Position numbers and translations under genes: made by a program
Shown: positions 58,508 through 64,000 of the stretch, one piece after another
Position numbering within the stretch: the stretch's first letter is position 1
Layout: each line of letters starts with the position of its first letter
Notes under the pieces: generated by a model
The model's input: only the letters and a program-made list of their open reading frames with translations
Databases searched by the model: none
Told to the model about the DNA's origin: nothing
Assembly (NCBI GenBank): GCA_951406725.2
Contig: OX597830.1
Coordinates: 66,154,001-66,218,000 of the forward strand
Direction: 5' to 3'
Source of the DNA: Octopus vulgaris
Taxonomy: Eukaryota
Length of the DNA stretch: 64,000 nt

Positions 58508-58900
58508 GGAGTGGCTGTGTGGTAAGTAGCTTGCTTACGAACCGCATGGTTCCAGGTTCAGTCCCACTGCATGGCACCTTGGGCAAGTGTCTTCTACTAT
58601 AGCCTCGGTCAAACCAAAGCCTTTTGAGTGGATTTGGTAGACGGAATCTGAAAAAAGCCCATCGTATATATGTATGTGTGTGTATATGTTTGTATGTCTG
58701 TGTGTGTGTGTGTGTGTCCCCCAACATCGCTTGACAACCAATGCTGGTGAGTTTACATTCCCGTAACTTAGTGGTTCGGCAAAAGAGACCAATAGAATAA
58801 GTACTAGGCTTACAAAGAATAAGTCCTGGGATCGATTTGCTCAACTAAAGGTGGTGCTCCAGTATGGCCACAGTCAAATGACTGAAACAAGTAAAAGAGT
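58508..58900 (+). mobile_element. SINE family A, full copy
   Basis: Same consensus. Confidence 0.88.
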
Positions 58901-59089
58901 AAAGGCTTTTCAGCTGCAATAAAATACTGCTTCACTCTACCTCTGATATTCAAGTACTATTTTCACCACCTTGTTTTGCACCTATGTGCTCACAAATGTA
59001 CACACACACACACACATAATGTAGTGGTTCAATACATTTTGACATAATATTCAGTCTTTTTAATACCAGGTTTTCCATTCTGACAGAAG

Positions 59090-59520
59090 TCAGACCAGTC
59101 TTCAATACTGCATACCATAATTTCATTTGATCTTGTGGTCATTTCCTTTATGAAGCACAACATTCTGAGATCTGACCTTACTACTCTCTTCCAAGTTTCC
59201 CCTCTGCCACAAGTTCCCTTCAGTTATCATCAGTACACATCACTATCTATTTTTATCACATGTCCATAACATAGTAATCTTCTGATACCCACCTGTGTTC
59301 CCAGCTCACCTGTGCTTTGTCCCTTATGAAGGTTTAGCACGATAAGTCCCAACGACTTACCTAATTATTCTCCAGCCTCAACATCTTCAACATCCATCAC
59401 ACACATACTCTCTACCATATAGATCACACTCCTTACACACATTGAAAACAGTCTGCCTTTTGCATAGAGAGAAACTCTTTGTAGTTGACAACCTAAGCTG
59501 TTTCTACTCCAACTTTATAT
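59090..59520 (-). mobile_element. Degraded RTE-type LINE fragment directly downstream of the ARMC6 stop
   Basis: TTKSFSL.AKGRLFSMCVRSVIY...GTCGRG..WKRVVRSDLRML; homologous to the fragments at 50795-51037 and 1755-2382. Confidence 0.6.
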
Positions 59521-59555
59521 TCCAGGTTTGCAGGTGAGCCCTGCCCCCAGTTATC

Positions 59556-59768
59556 CTACTGAGGTATACTGCCCTTTTCCCCTTTCCACAGCTCTTTCAG
59601 CTCAACTTTACAGCCCAAATCTCTGAGTGCTGCTTTGGCTTCATCATAGGCTGTACTGTGTTTAGCAAGTACTGCATTAACCAAATCTGCGATTTCAAGA
59701 TCCCGGAAAGTGCCAGAGTACTCCGAGTTATGATAAACTACATTGCGTACAGCAATACAAGCTGATTT
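59556..59768 (-). CDS. ARMC6: ARMC6 terminal coding exon
   Basis: gtttcag|AAA TCA GCT...CCT CAG TAG. Confidence 0.93.
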   Translation of the reverse strand, partial: KSACIAVRNVVYHNSEYSGTFRDLEIADLVNAVLAKHSTAYDEAKAALRDLGCKVELKELWKGEKGSIPQ

Positions 59769-61953
59769 CTGAAACAAAAACAAAAAGAAATGGTTAAACA
59801 AGTAAAGAAATAACGCAGAGAGGCTGGTTCGTCTCCCTTCCACAAAGTTATGATCCTAGACAGTTGTGTGTAACAGAAATGGTAGAAGAGTAGACACATA
59901 TATATACACACATATACATACATATACACATAAATATACATATTACATTATGGCTGCCCCCTCGTTATCGAGTATGGCCATTGCACGAAGCTTAACTGTT
60001 ATTGGTGCTGTGATCGAATGTGACTTTTTAGCCCAGCTAAAGATCTACAAAGTCTTGTACAGAATTGGCAGCTAAAACCTTTACTGGCAGTAGCCGGCTG
60101 TAGTTGTAACTGGGCTTCATGTATCTTTGCATGTCGTTTAAGTCCTCCTGCCGAATTACACTCTCTTCCACATGCCCGATAGATATGATTAGTATACATA
60201 TACACATATAAATATACATACACACATGCATATAGGAGACCAAAGTGTACGTATGTCGCAATATGTATACAAAAAGGAATACAAAAAATGGGACAAGAAC
60301 GCAAAACATCCAGACAGATGATACAAAAAAGGGACAAGAAAAATCACAGATATGTCATTCGAAGTTTTCTTTCTTCAGTTGAGTTCTAGATTATCTTTGC
60401 AATTTCAGCTGGTTATACTTGAGATTGCTTCAATCTGGCTAGCCCCAAGAAAAACTAAGCTAAGAGCATTAGATTCATTGGAAGAAAGCAGCAAATGTAT
60501 ACGAAAACAAGGACAGGAAAAAAAAATGGAGAAATGTTACACAAATATAAATGCAAATAACAGGACCTAACAACAGGTGTCTTTCGACTAAGGATGAATT
60601 AAATTAAGCTGGCGTGTGTGGAAAGAAAACTTCGAATGACCCATTCGTGTTTTTTTCTTGTCACTTTTTTGTATCATCTGACTGGATGTTTTGGGTTCTT
60701 GTCCGATTTTTTGCATTTCTTTTTATATACATATTGCAGTGTACGTACACTTTGGTCTCTTATATGCAAGTACATATGTGTGTATATATACATATATAAA
60801 CATTTTGTACGACCCTCTTATTCTTTCATTCTTTCTATCAGCTCCTTCACACTTAATTTATTCTTTCCACTCTTCTTTCTTTCGTTCCCCCTCTCTCACA
60901 TTTCCTGGCTTTCTCTTCATTCTCACCTTTCCCTCCTCTTTCACTTCACTCTGTCCCTTTTCTTTTTTTATTGTCCCTCTGCCTCTACCTCTCTCCACGT
61001 GACCAGTGTTCAGTCAAGTCTGACCTTTCTTTCTTGGTTCAACTACCATCCGTGCCACATCTATATTCCTCACCATGCCTGTCATCTCTTATATCCCTGC
61101 CATAAGGCTTCACTTCCACACACGCTAGCTTAATTTAATTCATTCTTAGTCGAAAGACACCTGTTGTTATGTCCTGTTATTTGCATTTGTATCTGTACCG
61201 TTTCTCCGTATTTTTTTCCCATCCTTGTTTTCATATACATTCGCTGCTTTCTTCCAAGGAATCTAGTGCTCTTAGCTTAGTTTTTCCTTGGGGCTGGCCA
61301 GATTGGACCAATCTCAAGTATAACCGGCCAAAATTGCAAAGATAATCTGGAACTCAACTGAGGAAAGAAAACTTCGAATGACCTGTCCGTGATTTTCCTT
61401 GTCCCTTTTTTGTACCATCTAGCTGTCTGGATGTTTTGTGTTTTTGTCCCATTTTTTGTATTCCTTTATATATATATATGTATATATTACATATGACTAG
61501 TTTCCATCTACCAAATTAGCTCAGAAGGCATTGATTGGCCTAGGGCTTTAGTAGATGACACTTGCCCAAGGTGCCACATGACTGGGAAGCAAGCTTCTTC
61601 ACTACACAGTTACACCAGCACCTGTTTGTTCTATTAAATTATTCAAGAATTATTTGAAAGTAAGAAATAAGAAATGTTCTTACCTGAACACGTGCAGAAT
61701 CTGGGTGTGATTTCATCACTTGAACCAATAACTGAGGGAAAGTTGTTGTCATAATGATTTTAGCATTAGATGGGGACCGTAATGCCAGGGCGCCAATCAG
61801 TGCACAGCCAGCCTCACACACAGGTGGCTTCGACACATGTTTCGAGAGGGCCATTAAGATTATGTCCACCACTCCAGATGTCACAATGGAATCTTTGACC
61901 ACATCATTTCGAGCCAAACACTGGAATACAGTCATTGTTTTCGAGCAGATTGG
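59556..61953 (-). CDS. ARMC6: Armadillo repeat-containing protein 6, 5'-partial: complement(join(59556..59768,61684..61953))
   Basis: [15 protein letters not shown]...[19 protein letters not shown]...[11 protein letters not shown]|[11 protein letters not shown]...[28 protein letters not shown] matches the ARMC6 C-terminus (human [20 protein letters not shown]). Confidence 0.93.
59945..60190 (-). mobile_element. RTE/BovB-like LINE 3' end with two C2H2-like fingers
   Basis: [20 protein letters not shown]...[22 protein letters not shown], followed by short tail ggccatactcgataacgagggggcagcca and (taatg) repeats. Confidence 0.7.
60222..61470. repeat. Compound inverted-repeat structure (Penelope-like remnant)
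   Basis: About 60222-60370 is inverted at 60625-60775, and about 60265-60624 is inverted at 61112-61470. Confidence 0.8.
61684..61953 (-). CDS. ARMC6: ARMC6 penultimate coding exon
   Basis: tttgcag|CCA ATC...GTT CAG|gtaaga; 90 codons, phase 0-0. Confidence 0.92.
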
Positions 61954-62212
61954 CTGCAAAGGAGAATAAATCTCTTTCAGTATTTAAACATTTATAACAA
62001 AAGCAAAAAAGACAGGACATTTTAAAAAATATTTCATCATCAACATCCATTTCCCATGCTGGTATGGGTTGGATGGATTGACAGAAGCTGGCCAGCCTGG
62101 AGAGCTGCCCGGGCTCTACTTTGTCTGGACATGGTCATTGATAGCATACCAACCACTTTAGAGATCGTACTGAGTGCTTTTGATGTTGCACCGATATTAT
62201 GTATGTGCATGT

Positions 62213-62245
<33 letters not shown>

Positions 62246-63281
62246 ATGCAACAACACCATTCAAAGCAGTAACCATTTTTTAAAAGCATTTTACACTACA
62301 TGAACCAAGAGAGAGAGAGAGAGAAAGGGAGTAAAATTTCATTATCTTATATAATTTCTTCCGTATCACTAATATACTGTATTGACCTGCATACATGTTT
62401 GGCATAAGGAAGGGCATCCAGCCATAGAAACCATGCCAAATCAGACTGGAATCTGGTACAGCTTACCAGTTTTCAGTCAAACCGGCCAACCCATGCCAAC
62501 ATGGAAAACAGACGTTAAATAATGATCATGATCATGATGTTCACACTATATAAAAGGGTAAAGACCCCCTTCGGTCATGAATGACCATGGGATTGCACCT
62601 AGAAAGATACCCTCCTAGACACAAGTCCGGGCAAGGTTGTTTATGGAAGACCAGCAGTCGCCCATGCATACCAGCACCCCTCTCCACGCCACCAGTGTTA
62701 TCCAAGGGAAAGACAAAGGTCGATACAGCTTGGCACCAGTGACGTTGCAACTCATTTCTACAGCTGACTGAACTGGAGCAATGTGAAATAAAGTGTCATG
62801 CTCCAGAACACAACACGCACCCCGGTCCGAGAATCGAACTCACAACCTCACGATCGTAAGCTCGATGCTGGTGCAACCATTCAAACATCTTCACTATTTT
62901 TCCAAACCCTGCTGAATTTCACTTGGAAATTTTGATCCTCCGAAGATATCATAAGTCAACCTATCTGTTTTAGCTGCAAATTTTGGTGTGAAAAATTCAA
63001 CTTATACACCAGAAAATTGGTGCAAGGGCTTGAGATAATCTTTCCCACTCACACACGTACACTGTTGATTTAGCAGGAGCATAGTTTCTGAAGAACTATT
63101 TCCAGATAAAACTCTAAAAGCAATATAGCTTTTGCTTTACTTATCTCTCACACAGTCACTGATTCTAGTATTAACATTCACAAACTCTGTTAATTTTAGC
63201 TTTAAACCCATTCCCTCCTTCTCAATATCCAGTGTTGCCACAGCAGTAGTCACTATTGACAATAAAATCTTATTAGTAACA

Positions 63282-63849
63282 ACACTGGCCTATCACGCCT
63301 AGGTCTATGCTTCTTCAAATGATTCTGTTTCATGGGGCTGTAGTAGAAGATGCTTGCCCAAGGTGTCACACAGTGGGACTGGACCCAAACCAACATGACA
63401 CTGGCCTATCACGCCTAGGTCTATGCTTCTTCAAATGATTCTGTTTCATGGGGCTGTAGTAGAAGATGCTTGCCCAAGGTGTCACACAGTGGGACTGGAT
63501 CCAAACCAACATGACACTGGCCTATCACGCCTAGGTCTATGATTCTTCAAATGATTCTGTTTCATGGGGCTGTAGTAGAAGACGCTTGCCCAAGGTGTCA
63601 CACAGTGGGACTGGATCCAAACCAACATGACACTGGCCTATCACGCCTAGGTCTATGATTCTTCAAATGATTCTGTTTCATGGGGCTGTAGTAGAAGACG
63701 CTTGACCAAGGTGTCACACAGTGGGACTGGACCCAAACCAACATGACACTGGCCTATCACGCCTAGGTCTATGATTCTGTTTCATGGGGCTGTAGTAGAA
63801 GACGCTTGCCCAAGGGGTCACACAGTGGGACTGGACCCAAACCAACATG
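63282..63849. repeat. Tandem array, 5 units of 116 bp (last unit 104 bp)
   Basis: Unit starts acactggcctatcacgcc at 63282, 63398, 63514, 63630 and 63746. Confidence 0.95.
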
Positions 63850-64000
63850 GCTGAGAAGTGAACTTCTTAACCACATAATTATGCCTGTACCTATTCATCA
63901 TCATCATCACCGTTTTAACTTCAACATTTCCATGCTTGCATGTGTTAGAGGGAATTCGTTGAGACAAGTTTACCATGACTGTATATCCTTCCTGTTGCCA

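Noticed and set aside
60618-61133. 171-aa hydrophobic ORF
   Set aside because: Arises from a pyrimidine-rich, low-complexity repeat segment antisense to ARMC6; no recognisable domain.
61355-61385. Hammerhead-like CTGAGGA...GAAT (also CTGAAGA on - strand near 60379)
   Set aside because: GAAA core absent (GAAT), stem II weak, and no stem I pairing found.
63282-63849. CRISPR-like regularly spaced repeats
   Set aside because: Whole 116-bp units repeat with no unique spacers, part of each unit is SINE-derived, there are no cas genes, and the context is a eukaryotic intron.

Overview
AT-rich, intron-rich animal genomic DNA. The SINE, MITE and microsatellite content resembles an octopod cephalopod (recognition from memory, not a search). 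Reading GT-AG junctions and translating exons by hand gives four protein-coding genes: (1) the 3' part of GULP1/CED-6, + strand, 8 exons, 462-19119; (2) complete AK6 (hCINAP/Fap7), - strand, 4 exons, 32398-23024, 174 aa; (3) complete PARP16, + strand, 6 exons, 38857-53253, 332 aa; (4) the last two coding exons of ARMC6, - strand, 61953-59556. The rest is dense with mobile DNA: at least five SINE-like families, RTE and CR1 LINE fragments, a full-length dead Hsmar1-like mariner, other Tc1/mariner remnants, piggyBac-, hAT- and Merlin-like MITEs and a non-autonomous Helitron. Almost all short ORFs in the supplied track are repeat-derived artefacts. The most unusual signals are several long fold-back palindromes (one carries two mutated minimal hammerhead-ribozyme cores of Penelope type, another has a perfect 40-bp inner stem), two out-of-frame upstream ATGs at the PARP16 start, a 29-bp duplication flanking a CR1 insert next to a GULP1 splice acceptor, a Helitron-mariner chimera and a young 116-bp tandem array. 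I found no clear new multi-gene system.
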